Shown piece after piece: positions 1-9,169 of a stretch of 64,000 bases of DNA. This stretch comes from Alphaproteobacteria bacterium (GTDB lineage Bacteria; Pseudomonadota; Alphaproteobacteria; CAAGCB01; CAG-977). The notes beneath the pieces are model-generated. The model did no database searches, was not told where the DNA came from, and saw only the letters and a list, made by a program, of their open reading frames with translations. Position 1 is the first letter of the stretch. Every line of letters starts with the position of its first letter. The translations under genes were made by a program, and so were the position numbers. The DNA is taken from positions 125 through 64,124 of the forward strand of contig JAFZYY010000018.1 of assembly GCA_017616015.1 (NCBI GenBank), read 5' to 3'.

Positions 1-86
1 AGTCCCTGTGCCAGATGCTTTAATACTTCGAGCTCTCGCGGCGTCAGGTGAATCTTTGCATTTTGCAGAGTTTTGTTTTCTTTCAT
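1..86 (-). CDS. LuxR/GerE-type HTH protein, first 28 codons only (gene continues beyond window start)
   Basis: My translation of the minus strand from ATG (CAT at 84-86) gives MKENKTLQNAKIHLTPRELEVLKHLAQG. LTPRELEVL..LA.G matches the GerE/LuxR helix-turn-helix signature. It is truncated, so it is absent from the ORF track. Confidence 0.5.
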   Translation of the reverse strand, partial: MKENKTLQNAKIHLTPRELEVLKHLAQG

Positions 87-217
87 TTTTCAGGCTCCGA
101 ATACACAACCAAAAGATGTGGTATAAACATATAAATCACCAAAAAGAATATACTACTAAATATCGTCTGTCTATATAGTCTTTTGTATTTTCTCCTTTCG
201 GGTGTGTTTCGGGGCAG

Positions 218-247
218 AAAAAGCCTCCGTTTTATCGGAGGCTTTTT
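218..247. terminator. intrinsic terminator hairpin downstream of the formyltransferase gene
   Basis: AAAAAGCCTCCG-ttttat-CGGAGGCTTTTT forms a 12-bp perfect stem with A5/T5 runs, so it could work in both directions. Confidence 0.7.
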
Positions 248-295
248 CTGTGAGCTTGAAGCTTATCGTTCTGAGCGGGCTTTTGTGTTTTTTGA

Positions 296-1042
296 TTATA
301 GAGTCTTAAGAATGTCATTGTTTACCAACGTATAAAACCGGCCGTTTACTTCAAATCCTGCCCCGTCATACGGAGGAAACCAAAACGCGCGAATTTTCAG
401 ATCAAGATCTTCATTTTCAAGATTATTCAGATCCACTTTCATCATATCTATCATTTCTTGTTTAGAGATGTATCTGCCGGCCTCTTTTTTCTGAGGGACG
501 CTTTCAAGTCTTCCTTTTTCAATAACGTCAAGTATCACGCTCTTATACAATTCCATTTGAATATTCTGTGTTTTCAGTTCTAATGATTGCGCAGTTTCGA
601 TGCGATAATCAAAATTAAACGTATAAACTCTGATAATTGAACCGGTATCTATTTTTTCATCGACATAATGAGCGGTAGCTCCCCATTGAGGCAGTTTTTT
701 TAAGATTGCTATGTTGTATCCGGCTGTCCCTCTCCAATCCGGAAGAATCGCCGGATGGAAATTGATACAACCAAGTCTTGGACTGTCAATCAGAGGTTTG
801 CGTATTTTTCTCCAGAATAAATATGAAACGACAATATCAATATCTTCCGGATAGCTGTTCACATATTCTTCCGCTTCTTCCATAGAAATGACAGGTATGC
901 CAAGTTGATTTGCTTTCAATGTTGTAGGAGAATCAGGAGACTGAAAATCTGTGCATACAAAGGGAATTTCTATCCCTTGGTTTACTGTCCATTGAAGCAT
1001 TTCCGCAGCATATTTTTTCCTTCCCATAAAAAGCATTTTCAT
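296..1042 (-). CDS. formyltransferase-family protein (Fmt/PurN-like fold)
   Basis: INFHPAILPDWRG matches the formyl-transferase N-domain motif N.H.s.LP..RG. The ORF is 248 aa. Confidence 0.7.
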   Translation of the reverse strand: MKMLFMGRKKYAAEMLQWTVNQGIEIPFVCTDFQSPDSPTTLKANQLGIPVISMEEAEEYVNSYPEDIDIVVSYLFWRKIRKPLIDSPRLGCINFHPAILPDWRGTAGYNIAILKKLPQWGATAHYVDEKIDTGSIIRVYTFNFDYRIETAQSLELKTQNIQMELYKSVILDVIEKGRLESVPQKKEAGRYISKQEMIDMMKVDLNNLENEDLDLKIRAFWFPPYDGAGFEVNGRFYTLVNNDILKTL

Positions 1043-1156
1043 AAAACAGAATCTCCTATATCACTACGGTTTCTATGATTCTGAATTTTTCAGTATTCTT
1101 TCTTTATTACCTATTCCAATTCGTCGGCACTTGATTGCGTCTGTTGTGCTTTGCTC

Positions 1157-1296
1157 GTTTCAGAATTCAGACAATTCGGTACGAAGAGGCTATAATAAGA
1201 TGATTTGAATTTTTCATGTAAAAAGTATGAGATAAGAGCGGATTTGCTCCTATCTTATGCTTTTTACAGTGTACCGAATTGTCTACTATCTGAAAC
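1157..1296. repeat. 26-bp imperfect inverted repeat pair (1157-1182 and 1271-1296) flanking an 88-bp segment
   Basis: Left arm is GTTTCAGAATTCAGACAATTCGGTAC. The reverse complement of the right arm is GTTTCAGATAGTAGACAATTCGGTAC (23/26 identical, inner 14 bp perfect). The right arm lies in the last codons of the recombinase gene. A TATAAT sits at 1191-1196 inside the segment. Confidence 0.8.
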
Positions 1297-1899
1297 ATTG
1301 ATTTTTTGTCTCCAATTGAGGAAGTGTCTGTAGAATGTGCTGTGGCTCATGCTTAAAGTAAAAGCGGCTTCTCGCGTTGTCAGTTCCCCGTAGTTGCATC
1401 GGGCGCAGACATCGTCAAAATCGGGGGGAAGCCTGTTTGCAGTCCTGCCGAAGTGTTTTCCTTTGGCTTTTGCTGCCGCGATCCCTTCAGCCTGTCGCCG
1501 GCGAATGAATTCGCGCTCTGTTTGAGCGAAGTACGCCATTATCTGCAACACCATGTCTGCGATAAGCGTTCCGGTCAGACTTCCGTTTTTTTCTCTTGTG
1601 TCCAGAAGATCCATGTCAAGCACGAGAATGTCCGCGCCGATCTTCTTCGTGATGTGTTGCCATTCCATGAGAATGTCTTTATAGTTCCTGCCCAGCCGGT
1701 CAATGCTTTTCACAATCAGCAAGTCGCCGGATCGGAGACGTTTCAGCATCTTCTGATAAGCCGGACGCACAAAGTCTTTGCCGGACTGGTAATCACAGAA
1801 GATATTCTTCTTTGGAATGTTGTACGGTTCCAGCGCCGCAAGCTGTCTGTCGATGTTCTGATCTTTGGTGGAAACCCGCACATATGCGTAATCTGTCAT
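1264..1899 (-). CDS. small serine recombinase (resolvase/invertase family)
   Basis: AYVRVSTKDQNIDRQ is the catalytic-Ser motif of the resolvase N-domain, and there is a C-terminal HTH (LTTREAAFTLSMSHSTFYRHF). I moved the start to ATG 1899, 7 nt after AGGAGG. Confidence 0.85.
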   Translation of the reverse strand: MTDYAYVRVSTKDQNIDRQLAALEPYNIPKKNIFCDYQSGKDFVRPAYQKMLKRLRSGDLLIVKSIDRLGRNYKDILMEWQHITKKIGADILVLDMDLLDTREKNGSLTGTLIADMVLQIMAYFAQTEREFIRRRQAEGIAAAKAKGKHFGRTANRLPPDFDDVCARCNYGELTTREAAFTLSMSHSTFYRHFLNWRQKINVSDSRQFGTL

Positions 1900-2074
1900 T
1901 GCTTTACCTCCTGCATTCGTGGTTTCAACCATTGTTTACAGCAGGCAAAACAATTATCCGACAGTCTTCTTTTATATCAAAGACAAGTCCGAAATGAATC
2001 TTGATTCTCTGCGTATGATAAGAGTATACCATATGAAAAGCGTATAACGATAATCTGACAAAAACAGGAAGAAT

Positions 2075-2947
2075 ATGTCCAAAACGGATCGCGTGGCGTG
2101 TCAGGGAATTCCCGGAGCGTTTTCTTATTTAGCGGCGAAGCGCATGTTTCCCGAAAGGGAAATTTGTTTTTATTCTACCTTTGAGGCCGCCTTAACGGCT
2201 GTTTCGGATAAAGAGGCTTTCTGCGCGGTTTTGCCGGTCGAAAATTCCGCCGCCGGCCGCGTGACCGATATGCATCGGCTGTTGGCGGATATGTCTTTAT
2301 ATGTCATAGCGGAGCATTTCCTGCCGGTACGTCATTGTTTGTTGGGGACAAAAGAAACCGATCTTGAAAAAATACGGGTTGTGCGTTCGCACCCGCAAGC
2401 CTTGTCCCAATGCCGGCTCTTTTTAAAGTCGCTGAATGTGCAAACGGAAGCGGTCGGAAACACCGCTTTGGCCGCTAAGGAAATTGCCGCTTTACAACGG
2501 GAGGATACGGCGGCCATTGCTTCCGAAGCGGCGGCGGAGCTGTACGGATTGAAAGTTCTGCAGGCGGATATTCAGGATTTCGGCACGAACACGACGCGGT
2601 TTTGGGTTTTGTCCCGGACGCCGGCTGAGGAAGTCGAGCCCGATAAAGCTGTAACTTCTTTTGTGTTTTGGGTGAAAAACAAACCGGCGGCACTCTACAA
2701 ATGTTTAGGCGGATTTGCAACAAACGGGATTGACCTTTTGCGTTTGGAAAGCTACGTTGATCCGGAGCGTTTTCTGACTTCCGCAGGGTTTTTGGTTGAT
2801 GTCGCCGCGCATCAGAAAACATCAGCTTTTCAAAGAGCAATGGAAGAACTGGCGTTTTTTTCCGAAAAAGTCAAAATTCTGGGAACGTATCCGGCGGATC
2901 CGTATCGGATCAAAATGAAGAAAAAGCAAGAGGAGATGTCGGTATGA
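2075..2947 (+). CDS. pheA: prephenate dehydratase (PDT + ACT domains)
   Basis: 290 aa. N-terminal CQGIPGAFSYLAA, the TRF motif (NTTRFWVLS) and a C-terminal ACT-like region fit this family. Confidence 0.8.
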   Translation: MSKTDRVACQGIPGAFSYLAAKRMFPEREICFYSTFEAALTAVSDKEAFCAVLPVENSAAGRVTDMHRLLADMSLYVIAEHFLPVRHCLLGTKETDLEKIRVVRSHPQALSQCRLFLKSLNVQTEAVGNTALAAKEIAALQREDTAAIASEAAAELYGLKVLQADIQDFGTNTTRFWVLSRTPAEEVEPDKAVTSFVFWVKNKPAALYKCLGGFATNGIDLLRLESYVDPERFLTSAGFLVDVAAHQKTSAFQRAMEELAFFSEKVKILGTYPADPYRIKMKKKQEEMSV

Positions 2948-3543
2948 AAAAGATCTTTTTTTTATTGGCGTTATTGCTTTTTTCCCCGTCCGTGCGGGCG
3001 GAAACGTCAGATGACGGGTTCTATACCCGTTGGGATACGGGCGGCATTTACAGCACCGAGACTCCGTTGAAAAAAGGCATAAACGTTCAGGCGGGCTTCG
3101 GCCATAAATGGGCGGATATGTTCCGCGGAGAATTTACGATCGAATACGCGCGGATCGTTATGAAAGGGCCGCAGGCTTATAACGGGGAAGGCAGGGAAGC
3201 GCGCACGCATCTGACTTCTTTTGCGGCAATGGCGACGGCGTATATTGATCTGTTCGAATATAAAAATATCGCGCCGTATGTCGGCGCGGGCGCCGGCGTT
3301 TCGCATAACCGTTTGCCCGATGCCGTGGTTGACGGACGCCAGTTTTTAGGGGACGCCCATTTCCGCGCGGCATGGAAAATAACGGGTGGCGTCGGAATTC
3401 TTTTGCCAAAGGATTTAGTTCTGGATATAAATTATGTTTATACGGATTTGGGGCGTTTTTCGACGAAAACGTTTCTTTCTCCGCTACTAAGGCAAGATGT
3501 TGCGATTCGCAAAGTCAATATAGGGTTACGTTATAATTTTTAA
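2944..3543 (+). CDS. small outer-membrane beta-barrel protein (OmpA-TM/Opa-like)
   Basis: Has a signal peptide ending SVRA-E, alternating beta-strand pattern and C-terminal GLRYNF. It is a paralogue in style of 36640-37239. Confidence 0.6.
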   Translation: MKKIFFLLALLLFSPSVRAETSDDGFYTRWDTGGIYSTETPLKKGINVQAGFGHKWADMFRGEFTIEYARIVMKGPQAYNGEGREARTHLTSFAAMATAYIDLFEYKNIAPYVGAGAGVSHNRLPDAVVDGRQFLGDAHFRAAWKITGGVGILLPKDLVLDINYVYTDLGRFSTKTFLSPLLRQDVAIRKVNIGLRYNF

Positions 3544-3557
3544 ATCGGAGCTTTCTC

Positions 3558-4553
3558 GTGATACACGATTTCTTATATTTTCCTTTTTTGCATCAACCGC
3601 TGTGGATTTGGTTGATGTTCTGCATGGTCGTTTGCGCGATTTTGTTTTTGGATTTGGGCATTTTAGAGAAGAAAGCTCAGGAAATCAGTGCTAAAACAAG
3701 CGTGATGTTGTTTTCAACGTATGCCGGAATCGCTTGTTTGTTCGGGCTGTGGATTTATTGGTATTTCAGTCCGTCAATGGCTTCGGAGTTCTTTACGGGC
3801 TATTTCGTCGAAATGGGATTGTCTATTGATAACGTGTTTGTGATTTCTCTGGTCTTTTCCTATTTGGCTATTCCCAGCCATCTGCAGCATCGCGTTTTGT
3901 TCTGGGGAATTTTGGGCGCGGCCGTTTTACGCGGTATGATGTTTATTGTCGGCGCCGAAATTTTGGACAAGTACGACCACGTCCTGTTGCTATTTGCGGT
4001 CTTTTTGATTTATTCCGGATTGAAAATGCTGCTTTCGGACGAACCGGCGATTAACTTGTCGGACAGCCGCATGGTTCGGTTTTTCCGGCATTATCTGCGC
4101 GTGACGAACGAATTGCATGAAGAGCATTTCTTTGTCAGATTGCCCTCTACTTCCGAACCCGGCAAGATGAAATGGTACGCCACGCCGCTGTTTCTGGCGC
4201 TGTTGTTGATTGAATTCGGGGACGCGATGTTCGCGATCGACAGCGTGCCGGTGATGTTCGCCGTTTCGCATGAAACTTTTGCCGTTTATTCCAGCGACAT
4301 GTTTGCGGTTTTAGGTTTGCGCGCTTTGTATTTCCTTATATCCGCGGCTATTCACCGTTTCGCTTATCTGCAACCGGCTTGTGCGATTATGCTGGTTATC
4401 ATCGGCATAAAAGTTTTCGTCAACGAATTCTTTTTCAAAGTGGACGACCGTATTTCTTTGGCGATTACGTTCTTCCTGCTGTTCGGAGGCATGCTGTTAT
4501 CCATGTTGGATATGGCGACCAAAGGCGCGGAAGACGAAAAAAAAGCTGATTAG
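3558..4553 (+). CDS. TerC-family integral membrane protein
   Basis: Multi-TM protein with the SIDNVFVI motif typical of TerC/Alx. GTG start. Confidence 0.75.
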   Translation: MIHDFLYFPFLHQPLWIWLMFCMVVCAILFLDLGILEKKAQEISAKTSVMLFSTYAGIACLFGLWIYWYFSPSMASEFFTGYFVEMGLSIDNVFVISLVFSYLAIPSHLQHRVLFWGILGAAVLRGMMFIVGAEILDKYDHVLLLFAVFLIYSGLKMLLSDEPAINLSDSRMVRFFRHYLRVTNELHEEHFFVRLPSTSEPGKMKWYATPLFLALLLIEFGDAMFAIDSVPVMFAVSHETFAVYSSDMFAVLGLRALYFLISAAIHRFAYLQPACAIMLVIIGIKVFVNEFFFKVDDRISLAITFFLLFGGMLLSMLDMATKGAEDEKKAD

Positions 4554-4735
4554 AGCGCCTTTTTTTGAAAATATGAAAACGGCCGTAAAAATATTTGCGG
4601 CCGCTTCTTGAAAACCGGAAAAAGTCTTATTATATCCGTTTGGTCAGGATCATGCCTCTGCGGGTGTTCCGGCGACGGGTGTCCGGTTGCGGAGCCCGCC
4701 GGTTATTTGCTCATTTTAATTGCGGGAGAGATACG

Positions 4736-5185
4736 ATGGCTTTATTAACGTCAAACAATCCTTTTATGCTCGGTTTTGATTCTTTGGAACGCATGCTGGA
4801 TCGTGCGGCAAAAAATTCGGAAGGGTATCCTCCGTATAACATCGAACAGATGGATCCGTCTCACTTGCAGATCACGATCGCCGTCGCCGGTTTTTCGGAA
4901 GATGATTTAAAGATAGAAGTCGAGGATAAACAGCTTGTCGTGCGTGGTCAGCACGCTGAAGACGAACGGGAGCATCAGTATTTGTATCGGGGCATCGCGG
5001 CTCGTCAGTTCCAGCGGTCGTTTATTCTGGCCGACGGCGTTGAAGTCATAGACGCTCATCTGGATAACGGATTGTTGCGCATTGATTTGGAACAGCACGA
5101 GCCGGAAATCAAAGTACGGCAAATCAAAATTTCCAAAAAAGGTGAAAAGCCCGCAACAAAAGCTAAGATTGAAAAGAAATCCTGA
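4736..5185 (+). CDS. Hsp20/IbpA-family small heat-shock protein
   Basis: Alpha-crystallin pattern (YPPYNIE..., AVAGF..DDL.IEV.D..L.V.G, GIA.R.F.R.F.LAD.VEV..A.L.NGLL.I.L). I moved the start to ATG 4736 behind GGGAGAG. The upstream extension in the ORF track is Arg-rich junk. Confidence 0.85.
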   Translation: MALLTSNNPFMLGFDSLERMLDRAAKNSEGYPPYNIEQMDPSHLQITIAVAGFSEDDLKIEVEDKQLVVRGQHAEDEREHQYLYRGIAARQFQRSFILADGVEVIDAHLDNGLLRIDLEQHEPEIKVRQIKISKKGEKPATKAKIEKKS

Positions 5186-5207
5186 TCGTAAAAAAAAGGA
5201 GGTCGTC

Positions 5208-5423
5208 ATGCAGTTTTTTGTGGATAAAAAGGACATAACGGCCGATGATTTGGCCAAGTTGGGCGTTAATACGGTTGCGTATATCAGGAAAAAGATAATA
5301 GACCACCATAAGATGTGGTTCATTTATGCGGCGGAAGGAACGGAATTAGCCTATACAGACGATGAAAATAAGGCTATATCTCTGGTTATAGATAATGAAC
5401 TGATACCGGTGAGCGTCCATTGA
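5208..5423 (+). CDS. DUF1150-family protein (usual partner of alphaproteobacterial hsp20)
   Basis: LAKLGVNTVAYIRK...PVSVH matches my recollection of DUF1150. ATG 5208 sits behind AAGGAGG. Confidence 0.6.
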   Translation: MQFFVDKKDITADDLAKLGVNTVAYIRKKIIDHHKMWFIYAAEGTELAYTDDENKAISLVIDNELIPVSVH

Positions 5424-6064
5424 CTAACGAATTAGATCCTTGTTGCGACAGATGTGGCAAAATAAAAAGGCTCTGCGTTTGCACAAATGCGGAGCCCTTT
5501 GATAATCATCATTTTGTGCTGATACTGCAGCACCCGCAGGAACAGGACAAGGAACTGGGGACGGCGGGGATTTTAAAATCCATGCTGAAGAATTCCCGAT
5601 TAGAGATTGCTTTGTCCCGTCCCAGCCTGTCCGCTGTTTTGAAACGGCCTGCCGACCCAAAAAAATGGGGCGTTTTATATTTGGGCGCGCAAAAGGAAAC
5701 GCCCGTTGCTTCGGGATTGTATGTATTGGATAAAAAAGGCGGTCTGGCCGCGGACAGGGAAAAGTGTCTGGAAGAATTGGAAGGCATCATTCTGCTGGAC
5801 GGTTCGTGGAGCCAGGCAAAGGCTTTATGGTGGCGTAATCCGTGGTTGCTGAAAACCAGAAGACTATTATTGGTTCCGGAAAAGAGATCGCTGTACGGCA
5901 AACTGCGCAAAGAACCCAGACGGGAAAGCGTTTCGACTTTGGAAGCGTGCGCACAGTGTTTGAATTATTTGGGAGAAGATGCTAAAATTACTTTGGGATT
6001 GACAGAAGCGTTTACCCGTTTGCTTTCGAAATATAAAGATCTGCGCCAGAAAAAAGCAGACTAA
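5420..6064 (+). CDS. DTW-domain protein (tRNA acp3U transferase TapT/TuaA-like)
   Basis: N-terminal Cys cluster CCDRCGKIKRLCVC and a DGSW variant of the DTW motif (ILLDGSWSQAK). Confidence 0.7.
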   Translation: MTNELDPCCDRCGKIKRLCVCTNAEPFDNHHFVLILQHPQEQDKELGTAGILKSMLKNSRLEIALSRPSLSAVLKRPADPKKWGVLYLGAQKETPVASGLYVLDKKGGLAADREKCLEELEGIILLDGSWSQAKALWWRNPWLLKTRRLLLVPEKRSLYGKLRKEPRRESVSTLEACAQCLNYLGEDAKITLGLTEAFTRLLSKYKDLRQKKAD

Positions 6065-6073
6065 GGAGGGGTA

Positions 6074-6679
6074 ATGAAAAAAAATCTTGTTTTAGCGTAT
6101 GCCGTGCTCATGACGCTTTTTTCCGTTAATGCCGCGCGGGCGAAAACAACGTTGGTTTATTTTGATGCTGAGACAAGAGCGGCTCTTCCGGCGGAAAAAG
6201 TGTCGGAATTATATCCCCTTCTGAGAGAAATAACGGGGCAGACAGATATTTTTAGAGGTCGTTTGCATGTTGATTTTGAAAAGATGTGCAAAAGAGGGAA
6301 GAAATGCAAGGGAATTGAGATCCATTTTTCAACGCCGAAGCCTCTGCCGTTTACGATAAAAACGAAAACAGAAACAAAAACAATGACAATGACAAAGGAA
6401 CTGAAGGCGAACAGTATAACGCTTCTCTTTTGTCCTGAGTTTGTTCCCGAGCGTGCCCGCAAAAACAATATTTTTGATTTTCAGGAAAACAAAAAGTCTC
6501 CTGATTCGACACTGGTCTGTGATAACGCTATTTTTGCCATTTCGTATGGAGAATCCAAAGCGCTGCTTGCTTTTTCTAAAAATAAAGCCGGCGCTTATGC
6601 CAAACAGATAGAGGAACTGATCGAAAAACAAAAACGGGAATTTATCAAAGCACAAAGTCAGAACCCGTTCGAAAAATAA
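6074..6679 (+). CDS. secreted hypothetical protein
   Basis: Signal peptide (VNAARA-K). No motif recognised. Confidence 0.5.
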   Translation: MKKNLVLAYAVLMTLFSVNAARAKTTLVYFDAETRAALPAEKVSELYPLLREITGQTDIFRGRLHVDFEKMCKRGKKCKGIEIHFSTPKPLPFTIKTKTETKTMTMTKELKANSITLLFCPEFVPERARKNNIFDFQENKKSPDSTLVCDNAIFAISYGESKALLAFSKNKAGAYAKQIEELIEKQKREFIKAQSQNPFEK

Positions 6680-6765
6680 TCTTTTTATCAGATCGGGAAG
6701 GCTTGGCAGACGACTGTTTTTCGGATAAACTCTCCAGACGTTAAAACTGTTGCAGGAGAATAAAA

Positions 6766-7011
6766 ATGTCAGAATTAAAATTGGCCGAAATCGCTATTGT
6801 TGTTTCTCATCGTGAAAAATCAGCCGCTTTGATTAATGATTTGCTGACGCAGTATGGCGAATACATTATCGCGCGCATGGGGGTGCCGCATCGTCAGAAA
6901 CAGCTCAATTTGATTTCCATCGTGCTGGAAGCGCCGGCAGAAAAGATTGACGAATTGTATGAAAAACTGACAAGATTGAGTAACGTCCAGGTGAAAATTC
7001 TTACAATTTAG
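6766..7011 (+). CDS. TM1266-family (iron-only hydrogenase system regulator-like) small ACT-fold protein
   Basis: 81 aa, collinear with 30796-31038 (IVV..RE/PES....N.LL..Y..YII.RMG.P...K....ISI.L.AP...I..L..KL..L..V..K). Confidence 0.65.
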   Translation: MSELKLAEIAIVVSHREKSAALINDLLTQYGEYIIARMGVPHRQKQLNLISIVLEAPAEKIDELYEKLTRLSNVQVKILTI

Positions 7012-7106
7012 AGGTTTTTCGTTTTTTGCAAATTCGGAAAATCATTGAAATATGATGCTTTTTCCATTAAAATACACCCAATTGCTTATAACTGTTTTAG
7101 GAAAAT

Positions 7107-7550
7107 ATGATGATTGAAGATATTCTGAAAAAATTGGAAGATGACGACGGCGCAATGATCCCTCGTCCCGCTTCCAGCAAGGATTTGGCTCTGTGCCAAA
7201 AGGATATGGCTGAAACCGAATTACCGCCCGTTCCTCAGGGATATATCGACTTTTTAAGGGGTGTTAACGGATTTGCCTGGAACGGAATAGAGTTTTACAG
7301 CACGGATCAGGTGACCGATCCGGAAACCAATTATACGTTAAACGATATTGTTTCCGCAAACGAGGCTTTTGCCGATTACAGTGACGATTTCAAAGATATG
7401 GTGTTGTTGGGACGCGCAGACGAAGATCTGTTCGTGTATAATATAGCGAATAAAAAGTATGAAGTGCTGGATTTTACAGCTCATGACGTCATGGAAGATT
7501 TCGATACTTTTGACGCTATGTTCGTAGGTGTTGTTTCTCCTCGCCTGTAA
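7107..7550 (+). CDS. SMI1/KNR4 (SUKH-1)-like protein
   Basis: LPPVPQGYIDFLRGVNGFAWNGIEFYS resembles the SUKH-1 core. Confidence 0.45.
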   Translation: MMIEDILKKLEDDDGAMIPRPASSKDLALCQKDMAETELPPVPQGYIDFLRGVNGFAWNGIEFYSTDQVTDPETNYTLNDIVSANEAFADYSDDFKDMVLLGRADEDLFVYNIANKKYEVLDFTAHDVMEDFDTFDAMFVGVVSPRL

Positions 7551-7556
7551 TAAACC

Positions 7557-8618
7557 GTGTTAGTTTCAGATTTTGACTTTATCCTTCCTAAGGAAAGGAT
7601 AGCTTCTTGTCCGGCAGAGCCTCGCGAATCTGCCGGATTATTGCATGTTTGTCCGCCCGATTCCCTGACAGATTTACACATAGCGGATTTCCCGTCTTTG
7701 CTGCGCTCCGATGATTTGTTGGTGTTTAACGATACGCGCGTTATTCCGGCGCGTCTTTTCGGGTATCGCGGGCAGGCGGCCGTCGAAGCCACGCTTTTTA
7801 AATCCGTTGGTCTGAATCAATGGGAAGCTTTGGTTAAGAATGCCAGACGTCTGCATGAGGGCGATACGGTTCAATTCTATCCTCCGAAAGCTCCGCAAGT
7901 CGATCCGTTAGAAGCAAAAGTGCTCGGTCGGGGGGAGGACGGAAAAACGGTCGTTTTGGAATTTTTAACAGATCCTTCTTTGCTGTTTGCGGCTTTGGAA
8001 AAATACGGCGTGATGCCTCTGCCGCCCTATATTCATCGCGAAAAAGAGGAATATGAAAACGATAAAAGAAATTATCAGACGGTTTATGCCGCCCACGACG
8101 GCGCAGTGGCGGCGCCGACGGCAGGGCTCCATTTTACAAAGGAATTGTTGGCGAAGATCGACTCGCTCGGCATTGAAAACGTCAAAATAACGCTACACGT
8201 CGGCGGCGGCACGTTTCTGCCGGTCAAAGTCGAAGATACGAAAGATCACGTTATGCACGCCGAATTCGGTCATATTTCGGCGGAAAACGCCCGTTTGATT
8301 ACGCGGGCAAAGCAATCCGGCCGTCGGATCGTTTCCATCGGGACAACGGCTTTGCGACTGTTGGAAAGCGCCGCTGACGAATCAGGGCAAGTACATTCGT
8401 TTAATCAGGAAACGTCCATTTTTATTACGCCGGGATACCGATTTAAAGTAGTGGACGCGCTTTTTACCAATTTTCATTTGCCCTGCTCTACGCTGTTTAT
8501 GTTGGTCTGCGCGTTCAGCGGGACGGAATGTATGAAAAACGCGTATCAGCACGCTATAAAACATCAGTACAGATTTTTTTCTTACGGCGACGCTTGTTTT
8601 TTAGAAAAGAATAATTAA
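7557..8618 (+). CDS. queA: S-adenosylmethionine:tRNA ribosyltransferase-isomerase
   Basis: SDFDF.LP...IA..P...R...RLL start, GVMPLPPYI, TAGLHFT and FSYGDA motifs. GTG start. Confidence 0.9.
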   Translation: MLVSDFDFILPKERIASCPAEPRESAGLLHVCPPDSLTDLHIADFPSLLRSDDLLVFNDTRVIPARLFGYRGQAAVEATLFKSVGLNQWEALVKNARRLHEGDTVQFYPPKAPQVDPLEAKVLGRGEDGKTVVLEFLTDPSLLFAALEKYGVMPLPPYIHREKEEYENDKRNYQTVYAAHDGAVAAPTAGLHFTKELLAKIDSLGIENVKITLHVGGGTFLPVKVEDTKDHVMHAEFGHISAENARLITRAKQSGRRIVSIGTTALRLLESAADESGQVHSFNQETSIFITPGYRFKVVDALFTNFHLPCSTLFMLVCAFSGTECMKNAYQHAIKHQYRFFSYGDACFLEKNN

Positions 8619-8694
8619 GTACATATAAAAAACTTGCTCTCTATTTTAAATAGTTTTATAAAAAATATATAACAATAAATTAGGAGATTATTGA

Positions 8695-9099
8695 ATGTCT
8701 GAAGCTTTTACAAATGAAGATCTGTTAGCCTTTACGACGGAAATAGTATCTTCTCATGTTTCCAGAAATGAAACAACGGCGACAGAATTACCCAAATTAA
8801 TTCAAGATGTTTATCGTGCGCTGGCTTCTGTAAATAGTACGGAAATAGAACCGGAACACCTGCATCCTGCTGTGCCAATAAAAAAATCCGTTTTTCCGGA
8901 TTATATTATTTGTTTGGAAGATGGGAAAAAGTTAAAAATGCTGAAGCGCCATTTAAAGACAGCTTATAACATGACGCTTGAAGAATACCGTACCCGTTGG
9001 AATTTGCCGGCGGATTATCCGATGGTTGCTCCGAATTACGCTGAACGCAGATCGGGGCTGGCAAAGAAAATAGGTTTAGGCGTGCGTTCCAAAAAATAA
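8695..9099 (+). CDS. MucR/Ros-family zinc-finger transcriptional regulator
   Basis: PAVPIKKSV.PDYIICLEDGKKLKMLKRHL...YNMT.EEYR.RW.LP.DYPMVAPNYA..RS.LAK..GLG is the Ros/MucR signature. Confidence 0.85.
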   Translation: MSEAFTNEDLLAFTTEIVSSHVSRNETTATELPKLIQDVYRALASVNSTEIEPEHLHPAVPIKKSVFPDYIICLEDGKKLKMLKRHLKTAYNMTLEEYRTRWNLPADYPMVAPNYAERRSGLAKKIGLGVRSKK

Positions 9100-9169
9100 G
9101 GAAACGCATTAAACGGCTAAATGAAAAAGGCATTACCTTGTAATGCCTTTTTTATAAGGAGGAAAGCTT

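Noticed and set aside
7482-7493. Perfect 12-bp palindrome CATGACGTCATG, related to the island half-sites
   Set aside because: The half-sites are abutting (TGACGTCA) rather than GTCA-N5-TGAC. It is inside a backbone CDS and has no -10 at the fixed offset.
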